The notes beneath the pieces were generated by a model, which saw only the letters and a list, made by a program, of their open reading frames with translations, was not told where the DNA came from and made no database searches. Shown in pieces: positions 23,265-37,238 of a DNA stretch of 47,640 nucleotides. Within the stretch, counting starts at the first letter, position 1. Every line of letters begins with the position of its first letter. The DNA lies in contig JAPETS010000078.1 of assembly GCA_026023565.1 (NCBI GenBank), positions 1 through 47,640 of the forward strand, written 5' to 3'. The DNA is from Cirrosporium novae-zelandiae (taxonomy: Eukaryota). The translations under genes were made by a program, and so were the position numbers.

Positions 23265-25107
23265 TCAGTTCAGGCCATTGTTTTCTGCTAGTCCATTTAC
23301 ATCTGTCAGCTTTTCATTACTTTCCTTTTCGCCCCCCCCATCTTCTGCTTTTCTCTCTCTTGATACTAGTAATCCCTCTTTCATCCTATTATCCGCTTTC
23401 TCGCCATCTCCGTTTCTTACTGTCTCTCCTGGCTTCGTAACCGTGTCTTTAACTTTCTTCCCTACCTTCTTAAACCTTCTCCTTATTTTCACATAGGCTT
23501 CTAATCCAATCAAGACTGCATACGATTTGCTGATGCTGACGTGGGACATATCAACTTTTCTCTCCTTGAGGGAGTCCACAAAGGCTTTAAATGAGGATGT
23601 TGGAGGTCGGTAATGGCCACTGTTTGGAATATCCGTAAGCTTTTGAGAATTGAAAAGAGTGTGAAAATCCCAACAAGCCAAAGCTAGAATGTCATGTTAC
23701 ATATAGATATGTGGAAAGGACCTACCTTAGAGGAGAGAGACTTCTCAGCTGACCATTTTTGACCTTGATTAATCCTTGATGATATGTTAGCATATATTCA
23801 CGGCTTGGAAACCCGCGAATAACATACCAGCTGCAGCGATCCTGGAGCCTTGCAAGAACGAGGAATGTTGAAAGCTTCCGGATTGTTTGATACCAACATA
23901 CAAGCGGAATGAAACATCTGCGACAAATATCCAAGTATTTTTCTTGACGGACTTTCGGAGTAGGTGGTTCAGGACTATAGGAGGTGAAATGTATTTCAAT
24001 TTCTTCGGTCCTGTTGCATTCTTGAACTCCTCATTTGAATAGGCATTTCTCTCACTGTCTAAGGACGATGACGGGGAATTCGAAGATATGGAGGATGTTG
24101 AAGTCGATGAATGTTTTCTTTCAGATGACATTTCTGTTCCGTTCGCTGTCCAGGTTGGTGCATGTTCTTCTTCGGGAACGATCCCATACATTGAGTCCTT
24201 GTACTGTGTGGAAGTATTAATTCTCTGATTATTCTTTGCCCAGCAGAGTCTCCCTTCTTCATCAACCTGAACTAAATAATTCATTCGTTCTTCTTTAGAC
24301 ATATATCTCACCTGCTCTCTTTCCAGTTTTTCCCGGCTCACACCTGGTACTTCCAGATTGTTACCGCTCCCACTGTCCAGCCAATAGAAGAAATTGGATC
24401 GTGTATTTGATTTTTTCCATTCCTCGTGATAGGCTCGTAAATTGCTTCCATGTCGATGCTTATGGTCAACCATTTCAAGGAAATATTGTAGATCCATCAT
24501 CTTAGCCGTCTTCATCCTTTCACGTCTCTTCTCACCCTTTCGCTGGCGGTGTTCCTCACGAGATGCATTGTCCATGGTTGGACATTCATCGGATGAGGAA
24601 TCCAATTCATCTTGCCCAGCATGCCTTGCAATATCTCCGACTCGACGCCAATTCTGTTGAGTAGAGGAGTGTCGTGTAGCATCAGAAGAGTCACGACCGT
24701 TAGCGGGGGTTGAGGATGACAGATGTGGAGCTGAGGGCTTGGTAATGTTGCGATATCGTGCATCTTTGACAGCCTATAACATAAATTAGCATTGCACTCA
24801 TGACAGTAATTTACTACATCTGAAAAAATCACGGTTGCATGGCAAGAATGAAGCCAATGTACCGTAAAGGCTCTCGAGGAAAACATAAAGCAAAAAAATG
24901 ACCTACCTCTAACCAGCGAGTACTTGGATCTAGTCCCATTCCCTGTAGTCGCCTTCGATCTCGATGTCCTCGATAGGTCCTCTGGATTGTTCCGGCTGCT
25001 TTATCCTCCTCCATTGTCACCTCATGGCTACATCTCTTTCTTTCCTGCTCTTTCTGTTCTTGTACTTGTGCGATGCCTTGCATCACCACATAGGTAGGAG
25101 GCTCCAC
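23265..25107 (-). CDS. IQ calmodulin-binding motif protein (plant IQM-like fungal family); exons ~25107-24907, 24773-23828, 23774-23726, 23619-23265; start codon uncertain (first in-frame ATG 25083)
   Basis: IQ motif AAGTIQRTYRGHRDRRRL; conserved blocks LQYFLEMVDHKHRHGSNL, NFFYWLDSG, WIFVAD, FQHSSFLQG, GQLRSLSPLSGHYRP reassembled across three frame-consistent introns. Confidence 0.82.
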
Positions 25108-25790
25108 CTTAAAGAGACACTTTTGGTACTTAATATTAGATACACACTTCGAATTGTTTCTGGTTTAGGTGGTGTAGACTAGTACGGGGTTCGAGAGAAT
25201 TGGTTACGTAGGTTCGGTGTGTAAATCAGCTATGTAGGAGGTAAGTTCGGAATGGATGGGTGTGGGGTATAACGGGGGTACGGATCAGAAGTACTTTGTA
25301 CTCAGGACCCCGTCGCAGTTCTCGCCATGTCAATCTTGACGTTTTGCTATTATCATCGGTTTATCACTACTTACTACTAGCTGCTTATGTAGTTTGGGGC
25401 CGATATTTAGAGGTTTAATGATCATTTTTTCTAGAAAGCCAGCTAAAGTATCTTAATAGTAGGCTTAGGATCCACCATTTGAACCGACTTCATTCTTTGG
25501 CTCTTTGCTGCAAACATTAAAAAATTAGTTTATGGCTATAGTTTGATAGCTTTAAGATCTACCTTCGTAACTGTTTTGAAACGAAGATAGAGAATTAATG
25601 GTCAGAAGATCACCTTCATCATTATATCTTCGCTAAGGGTACGACAGTTTTTTAAATGGCATCACAAGTTGTCGCCTTATTGAACATGGAAACATGATCC
25701 AATGTCGTTGAAGAATAAATTTCAATAATAAGAAGTAAGTATCCACATTATCTAATGTGTCTTAATAATGGCATGGTGAGAAAAAAGAGA

Positions 25791-25835
25791 CAGGCTCGAG
25801 AATCAGGCTCGAGAATCAGGCTCGAGAACCAGGCT
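25791..25835. repeat. 13-bp tandem repeat CAGGCTCGAGAA(T/C), about 3.4 copies
   Basis: Read directly. Confidence 0.85.
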
Positions 25836-26036
25836 TGATATGTGTGAGAGAAGTAAATAATGACGTCATAAAAAAAGGAGTTTAGTGATATCTCATTTGT
25901 TAGGATGAAACACTCATCAAAAGCTTTAGATCCAGATTGCATCAACACGGAGGCTTAATTATCTCAAATAGATTTAAATGGGCCTTGAATTGGATTGTAT
26001 AAAATATTCCACAGATAGAAAGTACCTTCGTAGCTA

Positions 26037-26037
26037 G

Positions 26038-26081
<44 letters not shown>

Positions 26082-26082
26082 G
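26037..26082. repeat. (GTT)15 microsatellite
   Basis: Read directly. Confidence 0.95.
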
Positions 26083-27816
26083 AAAGCCGTTAAAAATATA
26101 ATTTCAAGATGATCGTGGCTGCTGTTAAAGTGGCAGAGGATGGTCTGTTTGTGTGGCGCACGGGATGCCAAGTTTTGATTTCGATGCAGGTCATGGAGGC
26201 AAACTTCGGTCATGTTGAAGAAACAAAGTTCATTCCTCAACTCAACCCCAGCCACTCAAACCGGTTTTTGGTCGATCCCGCTTGGCATCTTCATGCATTC
26301 TGCAATTCAGATGCACCCACAAGTTGGATATCCAAATATCAGTATTCCTAGAGCCTAGGGCATGGAACAATCATTGAACATTCATCCTTCAGCCCATGGT
26401 GGCTTGAACTGTATGCCGTATCTTATGCAAAAGGGCAAATAATTCCTAGCAGTCACGCAGTCGAAGCTTTACACGTGGATATTTACTTACAAGATGAGGT
26501 ATGGACTCGCCAGCATTCCAGTATTGCACTGCAGGGCTGAATAAGTCGATAGCAAAAGTGTCTAATTATCTTCTTGGTAAGTTAATAGGCTCCAAATGGT
26601 TGCAACGGCTGATGGCCTATAGCTGATGCAACAAAATTCACATATTGATCAATTTCACCCGAACGTCTCCCTCTTCCACGCGGCGCCTATCGGCTCAACT
26701 TTCCCTTTACAACCAATTTCATAAGGTGCCACGGCTGTTGTAGGACCTGATACGTCAAAATAATATATTTTAATTACCTAGTCTACCCTCTTCTTCCCCT
26801 CTTTCATTCCGGATTTGTCCTTTTTCCAACACCAAAAATACCCTTTTGGATGGTATAATAGAGTTCTCTATGTCTTGAGTTTGTACCTGATTATTTACCC
26901 GTGTTGCTTGAAGCCAGGCACGAGTGGTACGACGCAATGGTATCATGCACAAGTTACTTACCGATCAAGTTCAGGATAAACTTACCATGTACTTTATATC
27001 TCGAGATGACAGAAAACCGAAATGATCGACGACTATTCTATGCAACCTCCCTGCCTCCCCACCCGAGAGCCAATCCATGTATCTTCGTAGCTGCAGGATT
27101 AGTCAAAGTCTCAGTCATGGATAGACCAGTCAAATCAATAATGTCAAACAATGTTGTCCAATCCATGCACTTCCCCGGATGCATTGAGGATTATTTCTTG
27201 ACTGTGACGCAATGTGCAACACCACACTCAATTTTTCCCTACAATGTACGTCAGTTTCATCTAAAAGGAGTTCAATCCTTGAGAAGCCCAGAGCACTCTA
27301 CTCTACCATACTTGCTACCCTTGCCTAGAAACGGGATTATGAGGCATAAACAATCAAGCTCCAACCCTTTACCACCTCTTAGAAGCAAAAGCGGCAAGCC
27401 ACAGTGAGGCATAAGCTTTTTGTACTTTCGCCCTCGTTGCTCATCGTCCTTGGATCCCTCGACAATAGAAAATAGCAGGGAGAAAAAGTAGTCAAGCCTG
27501 GTGTCGATACCAACCTCCCATCTTTAGTGACGTAGGACGGTCCAAGCCTCTCCTAAATCTACCTCCTCCCACGACCATTTAATGCTTTCCCACATCTCCT
27601 CAATGTCCAGACTTCAGTTTATTCTAATCCTACCAATACCAACCCTCCCTTACTTCCAGACCCCAAATCTTATATATTAGTTAGCGTATGAGTGGCAACC
27701 TTCAACGTTCAGGTGCTTCATACGCCTATTATTCATTTCCAACCCCCTCAAAAACTTCAAATTCACCTAAATCTTCTAAATCTTCCTCACCACAAACCCA
27801 TCGTACTTCTGCCATA

Positions 27817-30800
27817 ATGGCTCCCTCCCCCGCTGCCGGAAAAGGTGTTGGGACTGTACCAAAAACGCCCACAAAACCTGGGAAGAACCCAGCATCAAGT
27901 TCCACATCCAAGCTTGGCAAGGCCGCTGGTACTCCTGGTGGCCCTGTTAAGTTAACCAAGCAATCACCCCAATCTACACTCAAGGGCGCAGCCTCAAAGG
28001 CGAAAGGCGCAGCCCCCACCTCAGATATTAGCTCACCTAAATTACCGCCACGGCCAAAAGAAGTTGAAAAAGCTGTCGAACCAGTCAAAGAGACTGTTCC
28101 CGAAACACCAGAAGTTGAAGATGTTCCAGAGGAAGCAGAGGGCAAGATCAGCATGAAAGATAATGACCTAACAGAAGAGGTCGAAGAGACTCCTGGCAAG
28201 GTCAGCCAAGCAGGTAATGAGACGGAAACAGGTGAACAGAGTTCGGTAGGCGAGCTGGAAGAAGCCGCCCCCGAACCTGTTGGCGAAGAGGAAGAAACTG
28301 TTACCGGAGGCCCTGTAGGAGAGGCTACAGGGGCCGTCCATGAAGATACAGAAGAATCAGCCGGAGAAGATGTAGTCGGAGGAGTTGAAGAAGAGGCTGA
28401 TGACGCTGTTGGAGGCGCCAAGGAGACCATCCAGGGCGAAGAAGAGGAGGAGCTTGAAGAGCCCGAAGAAGAGCCAGCGGAAGAGGCTGAAGAAGAACAA
28501 GAACCAGCACCAGAAGAAGCTCAAGAGCTCGAAGAAGCCCCAGAACCCGAAGAAGCTCTAGCGCCCAAAGAAGACTTAGAACCTGAAGAAGCCCCAGTAC
28601 CTAAAAAGGTTACATCCCAAGCTGGGTCCAGGGGAGTGTCAAGTGTCAGGTCCAAGGCTGGAAGTCTTGCGAGCGGCGCGAAGAGCCTTGCTGGCAAGGC
28701 CGGAGGAATCGGGGGTATAGCTAAAGAAAGCAGCCAGAAGCTCGTCAATGGCGATGCTAAAGGGGCAGCTGAAGGTACCGTTGATGGCGCCCAAGATACC
28801 GCTACGGGAGCCGTTGAGGATGCCCAAGAAACAGCGGACGGCGTCGCTGGTGAAGTTAGTGACGCCGTAGAAGATCTCTATGTTGATCCTACGGAATATG
28901 TGTCGCATCTCAAAGGCCTCGAAATCGGAGAGAGTGGAGAAGTCATAGGACTTGATGGAGAACCGCTCGGACGGCTCGAAGAAGGCGACGCCGAGTACCT
29001 TGTTGGCCAAACCATTGGCGATAACGGTGAGATTCTTGATGAAGATGGTGATCTTATTGGTAGAGTTGCTGTTCTTCCCGAAGCAGCCCAGCGCCTAGCA
29101 GAGCAGGCACAAAAAGAAGCACAGGAAGCTGCCAGAGAGGCCGAGGAGGCCGCCGGAGAAGCTCAGGATGAATTACCGGCTGGCGTACCATCTCTACCAG
29201 ACGTTGGTGTCCTCGAAGGACTGGAAGTTGGTGAAGGAGGTGAAATCCTTAATAAGGAAGGCCAACCCCTTGGTAAGCTTGTCGAAGGCGAGCCAGAAGA
29301 TCTCGTCGGTCACACATTAAATGAGAAGGGGGAGATAATTGATGAAGACGGTGATGTTATTGGCCGTGCCGAGGTTGTCCATGGTGAAGCCGCAGACAAG
29401 TTGAAGGAAACCCAAGAAACCGCCGAAGGAGTAGTTGAAGGTGTTCCAGAGGCTGCCGAGAGAGCAGTAGAAGGTGCTCCAGAAACCCTCGACGGCGCGG
29501 CTGAAGGTGTTGCAGAGACTGCCGAAGGTGCAGCAGATGAGGCCCAGGAAGCAGTACCGAAGCTTGAACCCACTTTCTCTATCCTTGAAGGCAAGAAAAT
29601 CAACAAGAAGGGTAAAATTCTCGATGATGAAGGCGAAGTTCTCGCTCAACTTACGGAGGATTCTGACCTTAAGGCTTGCGTTGGTAGAATCCCAAATGAG
29701 CAAGGATTGATCTTGGATAATGACGGCGATATCATTGGAAGAATCGAAATTGTATCAGGTGAAGCTGCAGATGAAGCTATGAAGAATTTATATCCTGAAG
29801 GTCTCCCGACAGAAGAAGTCACTGAAATTCCGGAGGTTCCAGAGGTTCCAGAGGCCGAGGTTCCAGAATTACCCAATATTGAGGAACTTGCTGATCAACT
29901 CGATCTTTCGATCTTAGATGGGTTGAAGGTCAACAAGAAGGGACAAGTCCTGAATGAAGAAGGCGAGCCTATTGCAAAAATATCCGAAGGAGAGGTTGCT
30001 GATCTAGCCGGCAAAAAAATTAATTCAAAAGGTGAAGTCCTTGACAAGGATGGCAATGTTATCGGCAAGGTCGAACTACTCCCAGATTTTGTGAAGGATC
30101 TTGCTGAGGAGCAAGGCGTTGAGATACAGAAGCCTGAACTCCCTGATTTTTCTATTCTTGACGGCTACAGGGTTAACAAGAAGGGAGAAGTTATCAATGA
30201 AGATGGAGATGTGATCGCCAAACTTTCCGATGGCAAATTGTCCGACGTTGCTGGTAAGAAACTCAACGAAAAGGGTGAAATTCTTGACAAGGATGGCAAT
30301 GTCATCGGTAAAGTCGAACTCACCCCAGAAGTCGCGGAAGAATTAGTTCCAGAGGTTGAAAAGCCCGATCTTGAGCTTTCCGACTTATCGGTTCTCGATG
30401 GCCTTAAAATTAATAAGAAGGGCGAAGTTGTCAATGAAGATGGCGATCCAATTGCCAGGTTAGCAGAAGGTGAACTATCTGAACTCATTGGCAAAAAGCT
30501 CAACGAAAAAGGCCAGGTTGTGGATGCAGAGGGCAATGTCATTGGAAGGGTCGAACTTATTCCAGAAATTGCCGAAGAGATTGCTGAGCAAGTACAAGAG
30601 GGACCTGATCTGTCTTTCTTAGACGGACTAAAGGTCAACAAGAAGGGTGAGGTCTTAAACGAGGATGGCGAACCTATCGCACGCCTTACGGAAGGTGATA
30701 TCGCAGTCATTGCCGGAATGAAATTGAATGAGAATGGCGAAGTTTTAGATGCTGAAGGCAACGTTATCGGAAAGGTCACACCTATCGACCAGATTGTTGA

Positions 30801-33004
30801 TGAAGGTCCACAACTGCCACCTCTCTCTGTTCTCAATGGCCTCCGATGCAACAAGCAAGGTAAAATTGTTGATCCAGATGGTAATCCTGTCGGTGAATTA
30901 ATCGAGGGTGACCCTAAGAGAATCGCTAGACTAAGAGCTGTTTGCGACGAAGAAGGCCGATTCTGGGACAGCAGAGGAAATATTATCGGCCGAGCACAAA
31001 CTATATTTGTCGAGCAGCCCGAGGAGGAGCCACCATTCGCTGGTCTGGAAGGCCTAATCGTCGTCAAAGACGGTTGGGTTGAGGACGAGAACAACAATAT
31101 AGTAGGGCAACTTGTCGAGGGCGACCCTAAGAAGCTCGTCGGTCGAGCGGTCGATGAAGATGGCGATGTTATTGACAAGCGGGGTAATGTTGTCGGACAT
31201 GCTGAACGATATGAGCCTCCCGAGGAGCCCGAGCCAGAGAAGCCCGATCTATCTGTTCTCAACGGCTTAATACTGAACAAACAAGGCAATGTCATTGGAC
31301 CTTCTGGCATTCCAATTGCACGTCTTGTCGAAGGAAACGTCAAGGAACTTGCAGGCCGTCCTGTTGATGGAGAGGGTCAAATCTGGGATAGTGCTGGCAA
31401 AGTCGTCGGCCGTTGCGAATTGATTCCTCCCGAGGAGCGCGAAGACAAACCAGAGGGTCCTTTCGCCGGTCTCGAGGGTGTCCATGTGGTCAAGGGTGGC
31501 ATGGTCGAAGACGAAGAAGGGAATACTGTCGGTATCGTGGTTGAAGGCGACCCAAAGAAGTTGGTTGGCCGCATGGTCGATGAAGATGGAGACATTGTCG
31601 ATAAATATGGTAATGTCAAAGGTCATGCTGATCCATATGAGGAGCCTGAGGAAGAACCCGAGGATTTGTCCATTCTCGACGGAAAGATGGTGAACAAGGC
31701 TGGTAACATCGTGGACGCTACCGGCACTGTATTTGGTAATGTAGTTGAGGGCGATGTGAAGTCTTTGGTCGGCAAGAAAGTCGATGGAAAAGGCCAGATC
31801 TGGTCTGATAATGGAAAAGTCGTCGGACGCGCCGCACTAATTCCGGGTGGTGTCGATTATAAGAGAGAAGGACCTTTCTCGGGCTTTGACGGCCTTCACA
31901 TCGGTAAAGATGGTGTTGTTCAAGATCCTTCAGGTCAGATTGTTGGTCGCCTTATTGAAGGTGATCCTAAGCAGCTTCTTGGCCGCTCGGTTGACGAGGA
32001 AGGAGATGTTGTGGACAAGAACGGCAACCCCATCGGTCACTGCGAACGATGGGAACCCGAAGAAAAAGAGCGGCATATCTCACCCATGTCCGGCCACAAG
32101 GTCAACAAGGAGGGTGAGATCCGCGACGATAATGGCGATCTCATTGGTAGGGTTACTGCTGGAAACGTCGCTGCCCTCGTTGGAAAGACAGTTGACGATA
32201 ATGGCTACGTTGTCGACAACGATGGCAACAAAATCGGCGAATGCACGCTCATTGAGAATATCCCTGAAGATGAAGAGCTACCTCAAATGACAGAGGAAGA
32301 GCTTGCTGCTCTAAAACAAAAGGAAGAAGATGCAGAGCTAGCAGGAAAGATGTGCAGAATCCTTGAGGATACGCTCGAGAAAATCCAACCCGTCTTAAAG
32401 ATGATTCTGGAGGTAAGCATTTATCTACAACCCTACTCTACTATTCCACAAACACTAAAATTGTACCCAGCACATCGAAAAAGCCGACCGCACACCCAAA
32501 GACGAACTCGACGAAGAAGAGCTCGTCCAAAATGTCCGCCCTCTCATCGAAGAAGGCAGCCGCATCCTCCAAGAATGCAACGGCTCACTACGTGGCCTCG
32601 ATCCAGACGGTCACATCGCCGCCAACGCTAAGGCCCGCGCTGGAACCAAGGAAGCCACACCCGAAGAACACCGTCTGGCTGAACTCCTCAAGGAGCTCAC
32701 CCAGAATGTGGTCACCACGATCGACAAAGCCAGGAGGCGTATCAACGACATGCCTCATGCGAAGAAGAAGTTGAACCCCCTGTGGGCATTGCTGACAGAA
32801 CCGCTCTTCCAGATCATCGCGGCTGTTGGGCTTCTACTCGCAGGCGTGCTGGGTCTGGTGGGAAGATTATTGAATGGACTCGGCCTGGGCGGCCTCGTCA
32901 ACGGGTTGCTAGGAGGTTTGGGCATCAACAAGCTGCTCGGTGGATTGGGTTTGGGAAGTATAACAGAGGCACTCGGCCTCACCTCCAAGAAGAAGGAGAG
33001 GTAG
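27817..33004 (+). CDS. Large acidic repeat protein, DUF3659-type (often annotated 'LEA domain protein'), ~1709 aa; exons 27817-32412, 32471-33004 (alternative in-frame ATG at 27688)
   Basis: 14 repeats like LSxLDGLKVNKKGEVLNEDGEPIARLxEG...GNVIGKVE. Intron GTAAGC...CAG joins a C-terminal helical and Gly/Leu-rich region (LTEPLFQIIAAVGLLLAGVLGLVGRLL). ATG 27817 is in ATAATGG context. Confidence 0.82.
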
Positions 33005-33741
33005 AGGTTGTACGTCAATGCTAAGAATGGGCTATATGAGTATATCTATGAAAGATGATACTGATATGGTATGACACTTCAGTTCTTTTGGTTGTATTGA
33101 TGGAACATTTTTCTATTTTTTTTCTAGCCCTTTTTTTCTTTTCTGCTTTTTAAATTCTCTTTTTTGTGTTTGGTGGTTATGAGCGAAAATATAATAATGA
33201 TGAAGCATCAAAAATTGTCTTGTATATTAGTCCTGTCTATCTAGGTATCTGTGACGAAGTGTAATGGCTCTCTTCTCTTCTTCAAAGAAATACTTGCGCT
33301 TGTGTTTAACCAAGAGGTAGTCTTCTCGAAACTCCGAGGAAGTACACGTAAAAAGGCCTATGAATTAACAAACATGGTTTAATGATAAACATGATCAGCC
33401 TGTGTTTGACCTAATTCAATAGGGGAAGTTTTGTACTTGATAGTTATCAAGTTGCATTAAACATGCGCTCAAAGTAAAAATGAAACATGTATACTGGATA
33501 AAATTATGTTCTTTGAGATGGCCTTGCCTCTACACAAATCCAGTTGAAGATCCTGATGATTAACTATGGAACTACTACTAAAACTGTGGTTAAAAATTGA
33601 AATTCTTAATTTTTTTTGTTATCTTTTCATTTTATAACTATTACTCATGCGAGAGAGAACGATGTGTCTTGATTTAAAAGAAAATTTCCCCAGCCTTAAA
33701 TTTGAATTCGAAATTGGAAGAAAAACAATTCGAGCTTGCTC

Positions 33742-35404
33742 TTAGAGTTCATCATGCTTTTCGGTTGCGGTGGTGGTAGGGTTTTCTTCATCGCCCGTTG
33801 TCGAAGGTGTGGTGTTTTCTACTGATATCGTTACTGTCTCTGTCTCACCGGTTACGGTCTCCGTCTTCGTCTCAGGCTCTGCTTCTATTTTCTCAACCAG
33901 GACTTCATCGGGTATTTTGTTTTTCTTTCCTTCTCCCATTCTAATGGCATCGATCCAATCTTCGATGTTCTGTTCGCTTACATTTTCCTTCTCATAATGT
34001 CTCCACCAACCTTTTCGTCCGTTCAAGATAATTATTTCGAGCTTGTGATCAGCTGCTAAAGATAGCTTGTCCCTAAGGAAGATGGAACCTGGGTTGGATG
34101 CTGGGACAGCATAAAAGGGGAATAGGTGGCCCTTCCGCTGGGCATGTTTGTGTGCGATATCAGCTAGGGATGAAAGAGCCGTGTTGACGGATTCTGGATG
34201 AACTGTTTCAGATTCAGGGATAGAGGGTTCAAGGACGAGGAGGCAGGCAAAGGATTGGGTGGCTAGACATGTGTTTTGGAGATCTGATTCTGTTTCTAGT
34301 GTTTGTAAGGGAGGCGCAACGGGAATTTCTGCTGGCATGGGCGCATCCTTAGAGACTTTGGAGTCCAGGGATTCGGTTGCGATGATAGGCTCGTCTATGA
34401 TGATAGAGGATCTTGATGCAGCTTCAGATTTAGCGTGGGATTTGGATTTGTCTGCGGAAGAGGCTTTGGAGGATTTTGAGTCGGTTTTCGGTTTCTTTTC
34501 AGCTTTCTTTGCGGCGAGGGCTTTTCGTTGTTCCTTGGGGTTTGAGTCGGGGTTTGGTGGTATGATCTTGCTTAAGAAGTAGTACATGGGCTCCTTCCTG
34601 TAATCAACCCCGGTATATGCAATAGGTTCCTGGTCGCCACCCGGTAAAACCACAAATGAAGGATATTTTGTTATTCCGAAGAGTTTCGCAGCTTCTTTCT
34701 CCTTGTCCCGAATCTGTGCAAAGCTAATAGCGCCTAAGAAATCGATCGCAAGTGCCTTGACGCCAGGACCAATTCCTGCCTTCTCATTGAATAGAATAGC
34801 TTTCATGGTCTCGTTGCGATCCGCAAGCCATTTGTCTAGATCCTTATCCGTGACTTTTGTGACATGATTTGGTATTTTGGCTAAGACTGCTTCAACAATC
34901 GCTTTTGAGGACCGCTCTCCTTGATAGTCTTCCACCTTTGGTTTTCCTAGTTTCTTCCCTGGTAAAACTATCTTTAGTGTGGGGAACCCCTGAACACCCA
35001 TCATCGTGCATAAGGGCTTGTTGTGGTCATCATCGCAGTTCACAGCAGCTACTTTAGCTAAACCTTCAAGCTTATTTGCAGCTTTAATGTATTGTGGTTT
35101 GAGATTTTGACAATGCCCACACCAAGGAGCATAAAATCTGAATTCTAGCCGTCAGACTGGCAGCTCTTAAATAATAATTGGAGAGTGCTCTTACTCGACA
35201 ATCTAAGCTCATGTCAGCAATCGAAAAGAGCCCATTGGAGGAGTAGTAACTGACAGATGTATGATTGGATTTTGTAATAAGCTCCTTGTAATTATCAGCA
35301 TCAACTGCAAGAACGGGAGACCTCCTAGAGTAGAGCCCATCGGCAAACACAGGAGTTGCAGTAAACCAAGCTGCCGCAACAGCGGCCAACACCTTTGGAA
35401 TCAT
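33742..35404 (-). CDS. ER protein disulfide isomerase-related thioredoxin, MPD1/PrpA-like (~517 aa; exons 35404-35255, 35202-35195, 35137-33742)
   Basis: Signal peptide, spliced active site IVEFYAPWCGHCQNLKP, GVQGFPTLK and C-terminal HDEL. Confidence 0.9.
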
Positions 35405-35828
35405 TATCGCTTAGAATGGATTTAATGAAGTGGGGTGGGAAGGAGTCCCTTAAGGTATGCAACTAGAATCAGGATTATGTTTGTGGAAGCATTTTGCATG
35501 GGTTTCTGTTGATCTGTCCTTACATGCTTGAGGACAGCTTGTCACTCTTTTTCATTTGCATCGTCTTACCGTGTTTCCCGAAATAGTTAGAACCTTCCGT
35601 AAATCTGGGGTCTAGCTTTACTCCCAGCTCAAAGCAGGGATTAAGGGTCCAGAGCCTAGAGTACCACCAGTGCATGCCCTCTATCAAAAAATAGTCAGGC
35701 ATCAGCGACAATTCCAAACTTTTACTTCTTTCTAACCTCATCTTTCACCCTTTCCACAACATGCGCTAAGATAGAGCGCTCCCTCTGTCTCTCTCAAAAC
35801 TACACTATATCCAAAACGCGCTTTATCT
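35405..35828. promoter_or_regulatory. Probable bidirectional promoter between PDI-like gene and VTA1
   Basis: 424 bp between divergent ATGs at 35404 (-) and 35829 (+). Confidence 0.55.
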
Positions 35829-37238
35829 ATGGCTACACAAATCCCCGCGGCGCTCAAAGCTGCCGATATCTATCGCTTTGCGCATCGTGCTGCGCAGGTC
35901 GAGAATGCCAAACCAGCAGTTGCTTATTGGTGTAAGTCTCTTTATGTTAGTTGTTTCTAGATGACTTGAATACTAACAGTTGCTCCCAGGCAACTACTGG
36001 ATCGTCAATCAAATATTATCAAAGGGCCTAAATAACTCTAATGAGGAGAGCAATCAATATGCGATGGATCTCATGGACAAGCTCGAGCAGGTGCGATGAG
36101 ACGTAGTATCTAGGGAAAGATGCAACGCTAATAGCGGCTCAGACCAAGGCCGATAATCCAGAGAATGACGCCATTAAAGATGAGGTAGCTGCGCAAGCTT
36201 ACATCGAGCAATTCGGATCGGAGGTATTTCAAAGGGCAGATAATGCTGTAAGAGCAAACAAGGCTTCAAAGTATGTTACGAGTGCCCATTATGATTTAGA
36301 ATTCCTGGGCTAACTCGTAAATAAGGCAGACGGCAGACACATTTCAAGCTGCAGCAACATTTTTGGAAGTCTTGCAAGTATGGGGTCCTTTAGATGCGGA
36401 AGTCGCAGCGAAGATCAAATATGCCAAGTTCCATGCGTTAAGGATATTCAAAGCAATCAAAGCTGGCGAAGATCCGAATTCATCTAATCCCCCAATCCAG
36501 ACTGAAGAGGATACCAAGTCTCCAGAATCTACAACATCACCAGATCTGAGGCAGAATGAACTGCCGAATGCAGGAATGTTACAACCTTCACTACAGGCAT
36601 CTGTAGAAGATGCCCCCAGCAAACCCGAAAATCTACAGAGATCATCATCAAAGAACAATGTCGAAAATTACTATGATAGCCGATCATTAAATGAACCAAG
36701 CGGACCTGCTCGTATAGATCATCGGAACTCTGTCGGCAGCGGCTACTTTCCCCAAACCTCTCCCCCGGGCTTGGATGATACAAGTCCTAACCTCCCGTCT
36801 GCGCCTTCTGGTTTCTCTGAACCTTCAGTTAATACATCTCCAATGGTTGATCAACCACCCACCATGACTCCGACGGACGTTTTCCAATCATTTCCTCCTC
36901 CCTCAATGCCAGCAGTACAAACACCAACAGATATTCCGCCTTTATTAACACAACATCCCACTTATTTCCCTCCACCCAGGCCCACGTCAGGTGGCACACA
37001 GCCTCAAGCATATTATCAACAGCCAACGTCCACACCAGCTCCTTTAATACAACCCCCCCCGCTTATACCAGCACCCCTACAGCAATCAGAATCTACGGTT
37101 AACCAGGTTGTAGATGATGCAGCTATCTCCAATGCCCAGAAACATGCTCGGTGGGCAATCTCAGCCTTGAATTTCGAGGACGTGAATACTGCTATCAAAG
37201 AACTAAGGATAGCGCTTGACTCTCTAGGTGCTAGGTAA
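35829..37238 (+). CDS. VTA1: Vta1 (Vps4 activator, ESCRT/MVB sorting), ~414 aa; exons 35829-35931, 35990-36090, 36143-36270, 36326-37238
   Basis: N-terminal MIT-like region (KPAVAYWCNYW, KIKYAKFHALRIFKAIKAGEDPN), Pro/Ser linker and C-terminal VSL domain AQKHARWAISALNFEDVNTAIKEL. Confidence 0.92.

Noticed and set aside
25791..25835. Short direct repeats as a CRISPR-like array
   Set aside because: Head-to-tail 13-mers without spacers in a eukaryotic context; a simple minisatellite.
26109..27407. Small ORFs between the IQ gene and the repeat protein
   Set aside because: No recognisable homology or consistent splice structure.
27729..31626. Long antisense ORFs (233 aa, 392 aa) opposite the repeat protein
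   Set aside because: Shadow frames of a repetitive Glu/Gly/Asp-rich CDS.
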